Origin: Sphaerodactylus townsendi
Taxonomy: Eukaryota
DNA length: 64,000 bases
NCBI RefSeq assembly: GCF_021028975.2
Contig: NC_059436.1
Location: 11,346,001-11,410,000, forward strand
Direction: 5' to 3'
Positions 19,154-32,548 of the stretch are shown piece by piece. The position numbers were made by a program, and so were the translations under genes. Positions within the stretch are counted from its first letter, which is position 1. Each line of letters begins with the position of its first letter. The notes under the pieces are model-generated. The model was not told the DNA's origin. It searched no databases and saw nothing but the letters and a program-made list of their open reading frames with translations.

Positions 19154-22100
19154 CTAGGCTTTCATGAGAGCAGCAACCACAGCCTTGGCATTAAGGCTAC
19201 GCAGGTCACAGTAGGTTTGTCCGGTACCAACAAACACAATCGGTTTGCTGGTGATGTATGTCATAGAGATTGCAGCACCAACCTGGAAAAGGAACAGAGT
19301 GGGCATCAGCAGACACGATAGAATCCAAACAAGTTTATGTTACTTTGGACTGATGGAAAGGCAGCTTCATAATTCTACCATGACTACTGGTTCATTCCGA
19401 AATAAATACTGTGTATGGCAAGACAAAGAGAGAATGAGACTCCTTCTATGGCACTTTATTCTGAGGCCATTTATAAGACCGGACACCACAAAGGAGTTAA
19501 GAGATTTCTTGCCTCCTGGAGATATATCCCCATTATATAATCCTGCTCAAGTATCTCCCTATATCGCCCTGCTAGGCCCCTCCGCTCCTCGGAGGCGGAC
19601 CTCCTGGTGATCCCTGGCCCCAAAGTGATCCGGCTGGCCTCTACAAGGGCCAGGGCTTTTACAGCCCTGGCCCCTACCTGGTGGAACAGGCTCCCAAGTG
19701 AGATCAGGGCCCTGCGGGACATACAGAGTTTCCGCCCACTTGGGGCCTGTAAAATGGACCTGTCCCGCCAGGCATTTTGCCAGCCGGGGTAACATCGCAC
19801 TTCTGTGGAAAAATCTGTGGGCCTTAGGGCAGGAAGGGGGAAAATAATTTTAATCGCCATCGGGACTTTGAATTTTATAATTTGTATATGGTTTTAACTG
19901 GGATTGGGGTGAAATGGTTTTTAACTGTTATTAAATGATGGACACCGCCCTGAGCCCTTCGGGGAAGGGCGGTATAGAAATTTAATAAAATAAAAAATAA
20001 AATAAATGGTACAATATATACCAACTGCACTAACTTGGTCAGGGACAGAAAACGGAAGAAGAAAGAGAAGCAGATGCGCCCCAGGACAGATACAGGAAAC
20101 CTGCCAGTCCCATCTGACAACGGGCGAGAACGTGTTCAGAATAAGCAGTGTAAATCAATTTATTCTGCAAACTTATTTCAAAAATCTGCTTTTTCTAAAA
20201 AAAAAAAAGAGGCATCGTGTTGATTTACCAGACCCAGAAAGTGGTTGTCTGCCTTCCAGTCTACCCACAGCCACATCACCAGCTAGGAGGAGGCAGTTTA
20301 CCTGCTGCTGTGGCAGGACTGGACTTGTTGGGAAAGGAGAAAGCTTTGAAGGGTCCAGGCAAACCTTTCACAACGTCAAGATAATGACTGCATCACAGGC
20401 AGAGGCTATAGGTTGATGATCCAAAGGATCAAGTGACCAAGAACAGCCAAGAACAAAAGCAGACAAGCCCCAAGCATGCAATAAAAAGTATTAATAAATC
20501 CTTCACAGTTAACCCAGAGACTCTCAAAACCTGCGAGAGCTCTTTGGAGAATAAATGTATTCATTTAAAATGTCCATGAAGTGAATTGTGAACTCATCAC
20601 AATGGTACTTTTTGCCAATTAAAATGGGGCATTTCATATGGCACTTTTAGCTTCCTGGTGAAGGGCCTAAAGGTCTGAAATACACCCGATAACCTTATTT
20701 AAACATTTTTATTCAAACTGCGGGTTTCTGCACTGTGGTTGTGGCCCTCCCCCCCATTATTTTGGACAAGGAACAGCATCAAGAAAAGCAGCCAGGAACC
20801 GAGGAACCCGGTCCATGACTATTGCTCTAAGCGCCTTTCATTCTTGAGCCTTCGTAAGATGCTGCCTATGCAGGTTCAAGACTTTCAAAGCCATACAAAA
20901 CACAAGTTTTTGTTGTAATGATTACAAGAAACAAGGGGTTTCCCCTTCACCCTCATGCAAATGACTTGGCTTTGCTTACCTTGTCATCAATAGTGTCAAA
21001 TTTAGTGAGCACAATCCCATCAATGAGGCGTGGAGTCTGAGCCATGGAGTGATCAGCAAGGGCCTTGTTAAATTTGACCTGTCGGAAAAAGCAAACCGTA
21101 CATGAGCTTCATACTCTACTTGTGATCCCTGGACTGAAACATTTCCAGCTTGCCTCAACCAGGGACAGAGCCTTCTCAGCCTTGGCCCCAACCTGGTGGA
21201 ACACTCTGTCCAGTGAGACCCGGGGCCTGATAAGGTTCTGCAGGGCCTATAAGACAGAGCTGTTCCACCAAGCGCATGGTTGAGGCACCTATGGCTTTTT
21301 ATCGTCTTGGTCTCCCTCCTTCTTTGCCACCTTTTCCACTTCCCTCTTGTTTTCTGGTTTTTACTGTAATTAAACCACCCCCTGGTTTCAAGATATGTTT
21401 AGATCATGTTGTTTGGTTGTTGTATTTGGTTGTTGTATTTATATTTAAGTGCTGGAAGCCATCCTGAGTCTCTAAGGGGAAGGGTGGCATATAAAACTAA
21501 TAAGTGAAATGAAATAAGAATTCTCACATAATAGCCAGTTTTCTCCTAACACGCACAAGCAGGCGAGTACATGCACAAACCAACACATACAACCAGGGTG
21601 CTCAGTGCTGACCACGCTCCTGGCTTCCTGGTCCATCTTCTGGCAATACGCATCATCTAGATATGTCACTTCATTCAGACATATATGTAAAAAAGGGTTC
21701 TGTGGGAAGCAGCCCTCCAAGGGACTGGGTTCAAGTTTGTATTTCAAGTGAATCGAGTTTAGGAACTAACCAGCTGATCCACAGCCTCGTTTCCCACCAA
21801 GGCCTCTCCCACAAACAAGACGAGGTCAGGGGTGTTGACCGCAATAAGTTTGGCCAGAGCAGTCATTAAGGGAGCGTTGTCTTGCATACGGCCTGCGGTA
21901 TCCACCAAGACGACTTCAAAACCTTGGTTGCGGGCTGCAAAGAAGGGGCAAACATATTAGCAGGAATAAATATCAAGTAATAGTTGGAGAAAATCCAAGG
22001 CTACTGTTATACAACTGACAGTGAACACCTGTCATTTTGCCATTGTGGGCTGCCTGAGTTACTGTTCAGAGGGAGTTCATGTCCAAAGTCACTAACTGTT

Positions 22101-25100
22101 TCTTACTGCAAAGGATTCCTGCCCACCTATCTCAATATAAACGAGACTGTGTGTACACCCACCGACAATATTTTCTGCAATACCAAGTTTCGGAAACACT
22201 AGTGTTCACAGCTGGTTATACATAGCACTGAATTTATACAGCTGCTCGCAACCCAGATGCTTGTTCCTGGAAGAGCAATATGGTGCAACTTAACAAAGAG
22301 ACCCACAGATGTCTGAATAGATTATTCTGATAACACTAAAAAACTAACAAGATATTCTATGCCTCCTTCCAGGATTTCTATTAGGTCAATCAATATGCCT
22401 TTTATTAGCATAGTACATTTGATTTCTATTAGGTGTTGTCCATAAGTTCTCAACCTTATCGTCACAGTCAGAGGGGCTGGGTTGCACACTTTTTAAAAAG
22501 ATCACTGAGATGACCGGAGTGCTGAATATTTGATAAACAATTTTTTCAAGTATTGTCGAAGGCTTTCATGGCTGGAATCAACTGGTGGTTGTGGGTTTTT
22601 GGGCAGAGTGCCCGTGATCCAGTAGTTTTTGCTCCTAATGTTTTGCCCCATCTATGGCTGGCATCATCAGAGACATGTCCCAGAAAAACCACAAAAGCAA
22701 AATTTTTCAAGCATAGATGTTTTCAGTGCTCATGGTCAGAAATAAAGCCAAACAGACAGCTGTTGCAAGGAGCAACCTTGGCCAAGTTTGACTTTAGAAA
22801 CCTTTTAAGACCGCAGCGGAGTATCAGGTTATGCATAGTAGAAAAACTGGCTGGCTTCTCCTAGCCAGCATGGTGTGCTGGTTAAGAGCAGGTGCACTCT
22901 AATCTGGAGAACCAGGTTTGATTCCCCGCTCCACCACTTGAGCTGTGGGGGCTTACCTGGTAAACTAGATTAGCTTGTGCACTCCAACACATGCCAGCTG
23001 GGAGACCTTGGGCTAGTCACAGTTCTTTGGAGCTCTCTCAGCCCCATCCACCACACAGGGAGGGAAGGGAAAGGAGTTTGTCAGCCCCTTTGAGTCTCCT
23101 TACAGGAGAGAAAGGGGAGATATAAATCCAACTCTTCTTCTATATGAAAAAAAAAGCTGGGGATAGATTGGAGAGGACCCTGGCTTCAGCCTCCTTTTCT
23201 CCTAACACCTTTCCTAGTGGCCAACACAATTCTCAGCACTGGGACTACTCACACCTCCCCAAAAATGGTGGGTGGGGAATTTTCAGCCACATGTAGTGAC
23301 TTATGGCGCATGGGAAGAGGTGACTGGACCAAGGGGACAAGGATGGCCTTACCATAAGCAATGGCCTCCATGGCAATCCCAGCAGCATCCTTCCCATATC
23401 CTTTCTCGTACAGTTGAACCATTGTGCGGCCGCTGTGAGTCTCCGGCGGGTGCAGGGCATTCAGGCGGCGAGTGTGAGTGCGCAGCTGTTCCACAGCTCC
23501 GGCACGGAACGTATCACAGGCGGCAATAAGGACACTGAACCCATTTTCAATCAGCCAGAAAGAAATCTGAGGGATGGACACAAGAACATTACCCCTCGCA
23601 TGGGCAACCCTCCAGCATCTAAAACAGGACACACAGTGGCACCTTGCAGTTTCACTTCTAGCAACACACAAAGCTGGATATCCAGTACTTCTGTCGTTCG
23701 TGCCTGGATTTTGATACGGGATGCAGAAATTCAGCATCCTGCGAGCCTCCGCTTTCACCTAATTTATCACAGATTTCTAATTTCTATGAAGAAATACTGG
23801 CAAAGTCTGAAGAACTCTGACAAGCAGCAGCAAAAGATTTCAGAACTGATTTTAAGTTCTCTGTTGTAGGCTGTTTGATTACTAGATGCCTCTCGGCCAA
23901 ATGCATGAATTGTTACCACTGAAGCACAGGGAGAGAAAGAAAAGAGCCCCCTGTCCCCAACACATGCAGGCCTTTTAAGTACCTTGGCCAAGTTGGTTGA
24001 CTTCCCAACTCCATTGACCCCACAGAAAGTGATAACATAGGGTCGGCGGTGGCGCTGGGCATCCATCACATCGCGCAAGACATCTACACGACGCTGAGGC
24101 TGCAGGATCTGTACCAGAGATTCCTGAAGGGCCTGTTTCACGGTTGAGGTCACCGCTAGGAAAACAGAAGGAAGCTTTTATCTGTGGCAGCCAGAGGAGA
24201 TTCCCCTGTGCATTTCATCTCACACAAATCCCATCTCATATCAGAAATACATCAACCTGGCCATCACATAGAGCAGTCCAATATTCATGACCTGCTGAGA
24301 TCACCAGTAATCCTTCTGGCCTCTCTTGTAAGCCATTATTTTGTCTCTTTTTTGTATTTACTTCACTTATATCCTGCCCTTAACTCCACTGAGGATCCAA
24401 AGTGGCTTACATTGTTCTTCTCTCTTCTGTTTTATCCTCACAAAAACCCTGTGAGGTAGGTTTGGTTGAGAATGAATGACTGGCCCAACCCAGTGTGCTT
24501 CCATGGCAGAGCAGGAAACTGAACCTGGATTTCCCAGATCCTAATCAGACACTTTTAACCCCTAGATGACATGGGCACATCCTTCTGCAGTAACGCTGCT
24601 TTTGCAACTGTTATTTTTTTCTAACACTTACTTGGGCTTCATACCAAGGGGCAACAAGGTTCCAGACAATGTTAACATCCTAAGGCTGGGAATCCTGTGC
24701 CCACAGAGAGTTCCCTTAGTAAAGAAAGCCCTACCCACCAGTGACAAGATGATCAATTAACCTTTACAAAATACTGAACTGATGTAACTTCATAGAAACC
24801 CCCCACTCAATCCCAGAAGCATCCTTGAGCTACAGGAAAACAGACAGCCACCAGGCAAATCTGAAGTATTTCTTCCATACCCCACCAGCACTGTAAGTCA
24901 GCATATCACCTACAGACTAGCTCAAGCAAGCAAAACACTTGGAAAAAATAAAACCCAAGACACTGTGTTGATCATTTAATTTGAACCATAATCTTAAACA
25001 CGCTGGCTCACTAAGTATTTATCTTGGAATAAAGATTTTTCTTCCACAAAACTGTTTCAATGGTGAATGTGTGGAAACGCAGACTGAAACAGATAGCCAG

Positions 25101-28100
25101 CAAAACAATACTGGAATAAAGTAAAGCAAAAGGCTGCACAGCTGAGCATCTTTCTAGAAATGCGGTGCATGCAGTGGGCCCCTGAATCCACCCACCAACT
25201 AGTACATACACCAGTATAATAGGAGATCTGGTATCGTGCAAGTGACATCAGTGGAACACTCCACAATCTACCCACCACCAGCTCTTTCCTTCCTTTTGGA
25301 ATGTAACATTGCAAAGGCTGATCATGCAAATTTATGGCTGTAGTTGGACATGCCCGCACCATCCTACTAGAAGCCTTTGGAATCTGTAACTATTGTTTGG
25401 TATATAGCTGAGAAAATCCATGTAACAAGATTGCAGCAGAGATGCACTCCACAGAGAGAAGGAGGTCTTACTGGTGAAGGTGCCCATCACTTTGCCTTCC
25501 AGTTTTTTTGCAACCGATTCACAGAGCTGGACGGCGATGTCAGCCGCAACATTCTTGGCTTTGGAAAAAGAAGAAAACCACAGCGATTTAAGGTTTGACC
25601 ACTACACCACACTGGCTCTCTCCTGGGGACTGCCTGCCCTATAAATGTTACTATCAGCCATCCCTTCTCTCCCCATTGCCTCCTCCTCCCTTTCTCTTTT
25701 CTTTCATCTAGCAACTGAACTTTCAGGAAGTACCAAGCATCTTCTGAAACTCAGCTAAGTAAAGGCCTCTCTTCTCTTTTGCCCTATGAAATAAATGAGA
25801 GTCAACTCCTCCCAGTTGCAATGCTGGAGGGATGGACAGAATGCCTGAGCCAACATGACAACAGATAGCCCAGGTATGAACGTTCATTCCAGAGGTACAC
25901 AAAAACATACCAATTAGGTGATCCTTCATCTTCTCCAGCACAGGGTCCATGTCCTCTCTAGTTAAATTTTTGGAGCCCACAAGGCCTTTCAGCATCCCAA
26001 ACATGCCTCCAAGGCCACCTTTCTTAACGCTGGAAAGAAGAAGGTGCTGTTATACATCTTTATGAGGAAACCAGGCACGAGGTGAAGACAATTCAGTTCC
26101 ATTTGACCTTCAAAAAACACCACGACAGCTCTTTGCATTTCAGTGTCTGCCTGAACATCTGGCACTAGGCTTGGTAAAAAGATGGCCCAAACAGTATTCA
26201 ACTGAATCCTAACCTCTGTACAGCACAGGGGAGCTCAGTAAGATCCCCTGATTTATTCTATGCCTACCCCATCGTTCTTCATTCTCCATGAAGGCTAACA
26301 AATGAAATAAAAGTGAGTAAAGTGAGCAAAGAGTAGAGATTGATTGGGCTCTGCATCTTTTTTGATCACTCTAGCAAGGAAATCAACAGCCAGTTCCATG
26401 GGTACATACATAAGCCTTGGAAGTACTTTAGAAATGGGAGTATGAGATGCGTCCAAAGGTCCAGAGGAGCCTCACCTGGCACTTGAAGAGCTGTGAACCT
26501 CCTTCTCTTCTTCAATTTCTTCTTCACTCTCATATTCCAGATCACGGAGATGGCCAGGCTCACGGTCAGGATCCCCAAGGACCTGAATGGAAAGAGACAG
26601 AAACCTGAGGGTCAGAATGCATCTCACTGCCATGGTCACATGAACCCGACTGAATTATATTAATTACTTCTAGAGGGGACAGTCTGGAGTGCATGTTTCT
26701 AAGAGCTAGGAGTACATCATGCTGCTTCTCTCTCAGAGGATTTATGATCAGTTGAAGTCATCCCAGAGTCCTTGACATCCGAAGATAAGATGCTGGGAAT
26801 TCCATGTTTAGAACTCCAAAGTTTTCTCCCCTCTTTTTAAATAAAAGGAGTACGAAAGATGGATTCAGATTTGGGCTACAGGGGAAGGAGTTGGAGGAAC
26901 AGCACAAAGGAAAAATACAGCCCCCGCCTAGGTCCCAATCTGAATCAGACCTCCCCAACCAGGAGCTCCAAACATGGAACCCACGCCATGTTTTCTAGTT
27001 TGTGTCACAACCCACCCGCCCCCGGTGTGCAAGCTGCTCTGGTTAACCCAAGTGACGATTAGAATGTGAGGCATTTACTGCAGCTGTATAGTACCAAGCT
27101 AGGGCCTCAAACAGATATTTTGCTTTCTGACTAGAAGGGCTTTGGATCTTACCATATCTGGGTCATACTCTTCCATAGGACAAGTGTCTGCATTCCCATT
27201 GGTAGTTGAGTTACTATAATCAAGTACTTTGGCATTAGAGTTCCCCAGATCCCACACTCTGGGTTTCTTCCCCTTATCCTTCGAAGCGTCTGGCTTTGGC
27301 GACTTGCTAGGAAGGCAGAATAGAAAGTCTGTTGGTCTTAACAGTGAGGGAAATAGCAGCTTCAAATCTTTGTTGGGTCCTTAACAGTCATGCTGAGCAA
27401 GTCAAACTCTGATCTGTCATGATTCCCAATATCTAACTTAAAGTAAGAGTTCCCCCTCCCAACCCTGCAATTAATTGAAAAAAGTCCCCCCCCCCAAAAA
27501 AAAAACCCCCCCACCAAACTAAGGCCTGGTTCTTTCTGAGGTGATAAAACTATGTAAGACTTGCAGTGTGTGTGAGGGAGAAAGGGCTTGACAGGGTGTA
27601 TCTCCACATAAAGAATTCCTTCTGTCTGCAAAGCTGCATATCAAAGAGAAGGGTACCAGCCTACCCTTCTTCCTGACATGCTAGTTTTCTTTGTGCATGG
27701 AATTATGTATCAAAGGCACTGCCTGCAGTCTGAAGTGGTACAGAGCCCGCATGTAGTTTTACCACCCTGGGGAGAACCCAGCCTAAGAATATTAACATTC
27801 TAAGGTACATGAATATGTGGAAAGCTCAGCTTAAAAGAGGACTGTTGCATATGTCCCAAAATATGCCCCCTTAAGACATGCCTTTTTTTAAAACGATATA
27901 TATGCAACGCACATCATGGATCCCTCTGAGATTTCATAAATATTTATTGGTTGTCTGGTTCTATGCAGCAGGGAGTGAATTGTATTTGTAGTTCCAGAGG
28001 GTCACTGTAAACTCTTACAGCTCAGGGACGTGACTACAAAGATGCAACTGTCCCTGAGCTGAGTGTCAGTCTGCTGAGGCAAAGGAGAGGCAACACAGTG

Positions 28101-31100
28101 GCCTCACTTACTTGGTTTTCTCTCCCCCCTTCATGCGCTTCCTAAAGAACTCCTCACGGTTTTTCTGCAGGATCTCATCCTTGGTCAGTTCCTCCTTGTC
28201 TCCAGTGGCAACAGGAAGGTCCGGCTTAACATCTGGTGCTACTTTGGGGGGTGCAGCGGCTTCAGCTCCTAGAAATGATTAAAATGGGATTGTGACAACA
28301 AAGTGCAGCAACACAGAAGAACAGAGGAGAAGTGGTGCTGGTCTGAAGAGAAAACGGTTAAAGTAAAACAAACAAGCATTGCTGAGCTAGCCCAGCAGTT
28401 CAGACCCAACTTCCCCACAAAAGCCTGAGTTGGGGCCAAGGAGGCATCTGTCCCTCAAAGAACATGTTATTTACATCTCCTTGGCTAAGACACTTGCTAT
28501 TATGCATTTGGCACTACTTGTTTAACTTTGAGTACGATCACTTTGCTCAGCTTTATGTGCACGTGGGAATGCAGAATTATAAAGATCTCACAGGTCTTAA
28601 GCAATTTTTAGCGTACATATTTGCATTAACACAGGCACGGCAGTCGCCCTCTCACCTTCTTTTTTGGAACCTTTGTTTTTCTTGTTCTTAGTTTTCTCTT
28701 TTGGTTTCTCTCCTCGAGTTTCTATCATAGACTTCACTGTTTTTTGGGACTTTGCAGATTGTTCAAATGTCTTCATGGCAGTGGGAGCTCGGACTTTACT
28801 GCTCTCCTCTGCATCCCTGGTTGAAAAAAAAGGGGGGAAAGATTAACCGACTGTGTCAGTTAATCACCGTGCAGAACAATACAGGTCTGGAATTTCTCCA
28901 TCCCTTGCCCCAAAGCAACAAACCTTCAGTCTGTTTCCCAATTCAAAAATCAACACATCATGATCCTACAATGCTACCACTTGGTAATTTTCCCTGTTGG
29001 AGTTGCCTTGTGAATATGTTCTTCACAGGGCCAGATTTAGCCCTGTACCATAAATTGTTCAAAATCAGAATTTATTCAAATCAGGGTTTAATGACTGCAT
29101 TGGATCTCTGCAGATGCTAAGAAACAAGTTATTGATAACAAGGTGTTTTTAAAAGCCATGTTAAAAACCTACAAATCAACCCTGAAGCTGGATACTGGCT
29201 AGTGCAACCCTAACCTTGGCTCTTAGCATATCACTGTTCATGTTGCAGGCTGTAATAAACAAAGATGGGAAGACTAGGATGTCAACTTGGCTTAGTTTTT
29301 TCTCAGAACCCGGGGGTGAGGGATGGGAGGGGATGGGAGATTAGACAGAAAGTGAGGGGTAAAGAAAGAGAGACAGATCACTCTGCTAGGGGGCAATCAC
29401 TCTGCTAGGGGGCAACTTTCCAATGGCAGTCCAGTTTTATTTAAAAGACATTACAAGCATGAGAAAAGCCAAATACAGCAAAGACACATAGTTATTAGTA
29501 GGTCCAAGCTAATTCCTGCTTGTACTTCTCATGTCTATTGAGGCCAAGTTCGCAATTGGAGAACCAAAGGCATCTGGGGCAAGACAACAAACGGGACTAC
29601 TGGTGAAACCTGATCGCTGAAGGGGTGCGGCCTGTTACCGTAAGAGGCGTAAAAAATCTTCTTTAAAGTCAAAGGTGCCATTGAGAAGCCCAAGAGTTCC
29701 CTTCTGTTGAAATTCATTGCGATATTTGTCCCGGAACTCCTTATGAACATCGTCTATCAACTTGTCCACATAGGTTAACGTCAGAATTTTTTGAAATCCA
29801 ACCTGCCAGAGAACCATAGTACTATCAGGAAAATGAGAACACCTTAATTAGCTTGAAAAAGCAGTTCATGCACAGTACTTTCTACACAGTGAATAATCCA
29901 AAGAGAGAACATTTCTGAATGGCTGACAACGTGACAAAAAAGGTGTTGCCAACATGACCAAAAAAAAAGACTGAGGGAATGTTCAGTGTGTTCCGAATCA
30001 AAGGAAGCAGAATGCCAGCCGCATAGACTCATGAGCAGTGGCAAGAGAAAGTCTTTCAAAACACTGTTCTGTTGCAGAGTCTATCAGAAGCTATCCTTCT
30101 GTTTCAGCTTTTTTGCCCCAAACACAGTAAGTCACTTACCACAAAGACCAACTCAAACTGATTGTCCAATTTGTATTTTAGCGTAAGGGAGTCATGGGTG
30201 AAAGAGTTACTGCCACCTCGCTCCTGAAAAGACAAAGGAGGCAGGAATAGGTTAGCAAGTCCTGTTGAGTCACATAAGGTCTACATTACAGAAACCGTGA
30301 AGATTGACATACGCTAACTTTTTTGGTGTACAAAAAGACCAGTGACCTACTTCTTTCTGCCTGCTGTGCAGGAAAAATAGACCTCCCCTCCATTGTAGGA
30401 GGCAGTGTCAAATCAAAGTATCCAAGCAACTGGGTATCTTAGATTTTTCAAGATCTGCTTACAAACATCTATTTGGTCACTTGATTTATGTCTCACCCCC
30501 TTCAACACAACCAGCAACATAGTTTCCATTAAAGTAAGATTAAGACTCTCTGCTATCCAGGATCAACTACCCTTTGCTCACAACATGATAATCTATATTC
30601 AGCTGTATCCATACTTCTCCTGCCAGTATAAAAAACACTCAGTAAGTGATTCTTAGTACAACTTCTGCTGAACTATTTTGGCTTTATGAGCAGCACACAA
30701 AATGTTAGTCGGCTTCTAAAGAAATCAAAACTGAATTATTGGGCATGTGTGTACAGGGTGAATCTCAAACACTTCTAAAGGATTTAAGATAGTGTGCTAG
30801 GAAAAAACTCTTCCCAAGATTCTGAATAGCTACTGTTTGTTAGGTGTGGTTGCAACAGACTATATGGATCTCTGCCTTGACGCAAAACGGATAGTTAAAT
30901 ACTGCCCTTCAATAGTAATCAAGAAATGAGGTGTGGAAGGAAATGGAATGGAAAATCTGCAATCAGGAAGTAATATGCTAACATGCATAACATATCCATA
31001 TGGAAAAACAGAGGCTATTTGAGAATTCCTTCATTAGCAGAAATGTGAATGAAGCAGACAGAAGACAACTAGGGAAATATTCCAATAAAATGGGATATTG

Positions 31101-31979
31101 CTAAATATTTGTTGATGTCCCATGAAGATACATTCGGAAACAAGGGATGTGTTTGCAGGGCAGAGCCATATGGCAACCTAAAGTACAGGAAAACAGAAAA
31201 TAATATACTCTTTCTGCTTAGAAAATAGCCTTCTAAATGCACTGATTATTTTACAGCCAACAATCTGATATTCTTATTTCAAGTCTGATTTCTTCCCTGA
31301 TAAGTACAGTTTAAAACACAACCATAACCCAGATCAGATGTTGGTGAACCACAGAAACTAAGAAATTTTATTTATTTTATTAGATTTTACATCCTGCCCA
31401 TTCCCAACCAGAAGTCTGGCTCAATGGCAGTTATGATCCAGTAAGCTGCTGGTTCAAATCATACCTCAACCATAAACTCATTGGGCAAACTACTCTGGCA
31501 CAACATACCCTTGCTGTAAGACTCACAACATGGACATGTGCGAAGCACTTTTGTGGATTCCGCACAACACATTTATAACAAGTCGTAATCGTTATAAATG
31601 AATTAGTTTTACATTTATAAAAAGGGAAAACGAGTTCATTCATAACGATTGCGACTCGTTATAAATATGCTGTGCTGAATCCACTTTTGACTACTTAAAA
31701 GTACTCCATGAAATCGAAGTATTTTCTGTTGTTATTGTGAAAGCAAATAACACCGAAGCAAAGATCGCTTCTTGTCACCCAAAGCCCGAGAATATACAAG
31801 GGAATTAAGGTCAACCTGCATGTTTGGGGGAGAGGAAAGAGAGGGAGTCTCACCTGGAGCAGGACAGACCGGATAAGCGCGTTCACGGGCGCACTGCAGG
31901 CAGCTGCGGGGCCGCGCACGCCCTGGAAGCACCACAGCACAAGGCCTCCCTTGCTGAAGATGGTGAAGAAGTCGAGCAT
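19154..31979 (-). CDS. SRPRA: Signal recognition particle receptor subunit alpha (14 exons, about 645 aa)
   Basis: Exons 31979-31854, 30223-30140, 29802-29639, 28816-28656, 28268-28112, 27306-27153, 26582-26476, 26029-25911, 25558-25472, 24155-23983, 23566-23353, 21934-21771, 21078-20980, 19282-19154 total 1938 nt in an open frame. Motifs: [12 protein letters not shown] (SRX longin), [25 protein letters not shown]. Confidence 0.98.
19500..20005 (+). mobile_element. L2 LINE, 3' fragment
   Basis: [24 protein letters not shown] (L2 ORF2 C-terminus), then the L2 3' end ccgccctgagccc...gggcggtatagaa and an (TAAAA)n tail. Confidence 0.85.
21105..21515 (+). mobile_element. L2 LINE, 3' fragment (older copy)
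   Basis: [20 protein letters not shown], plus a degenerate L2 3' end. Confidence 0.8.
22553..22690. mobile_element. Penelope-like terminal repeat fragment
   Basis: ttgtcgaaggctttcatggctggaatc...ctatggctggcatcatcagag resembles squamate Penelope termini, recognised from memory. Confidence 0.5.
22864..23141 (+). mobile_element. Squam3-like SINE
   Basis: gccagcatggtgtgctggttaagagc...ggtttgattcccc head and ctcttcttc tail. Confidence 0.85.
31553..31684. mobile_element. Palindromic MITE in SRPRA intron 1
   Basis: Ends gtggattccgcac / gtgctgaatccac. Inner arms atttataacaagtcgtaatcgttat / ataacgattgcgactcgttataaat. Confidence 0.7.
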
Positions 31980-32548
31980 GGTGGGATCGGGGGGCTCCGG
32001 GCCTCGCCCGGGGGAAGGTGGGGGGAAGCTGAGGTAACGGGGTCGAGCCGCCGGGAAACCAGCCCGACTTCCTGACCCACGTCAGATTATTCTCTAACAC
32101 TATGCATCACTTCCGCCGGAAGCAGAAAACAAGGTGGGGCCAACGGAGAAAATAACATATGTGATTGAGTCTCTTCGCCGGAAAACGAGAGCCGGCCAAA
32201 TCATAAAGAGTGAGGAAAGAGAGTCATCTGTCTCCGCCTCCCCCATGGTCTGATTGCTGATTGGTCTACTAGCTTCAGACTCCCCCTGTGAGTCTGAGAA
32301 AAAGGGGTGAGAAAAAGGAGGGGTGGGGTTAGAACGCAAATCCCCCAATAAGAAAAGCGATGGGTGGGACTTTATTATGCATGATACGTTGGTCGGGGGA
32401 AGGCCCGAGGATTAACTGGAAGCCTGTGAGATGTGGGGGCGGAGTTGAAGTGTGGCGTCGGGATTGACTCGACCTATCATGGTCCTGGAGGCGGGGCGTT
32501 AACCTGCGGCGCCTCTTGCGCTCAGTGGACGTGCATTCAGATTTCGCG
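31980..32548. promoter_or_regulatory. Bidirectional CpG-island promoter for SRPRA and FOXRED1
   Basis: 569 bp between divergent ATGs. CpG-rich, with paired ETS/GABP sites (cacttccgccggaag, about 32108), CCAAT boxes, GC boxes and a UPRE-like TGACGTGG (32077-32084, minus strand). Confidence 0.85.

Noticed and set aside
29378-29417. Short tandem duplications (also near 47836-47877, 56969-57010 and 36382-36410)
   Set aside because: Two-copy local slippage duplications with no spacer structure; not CRISPR-like or otherwise functional-looking.
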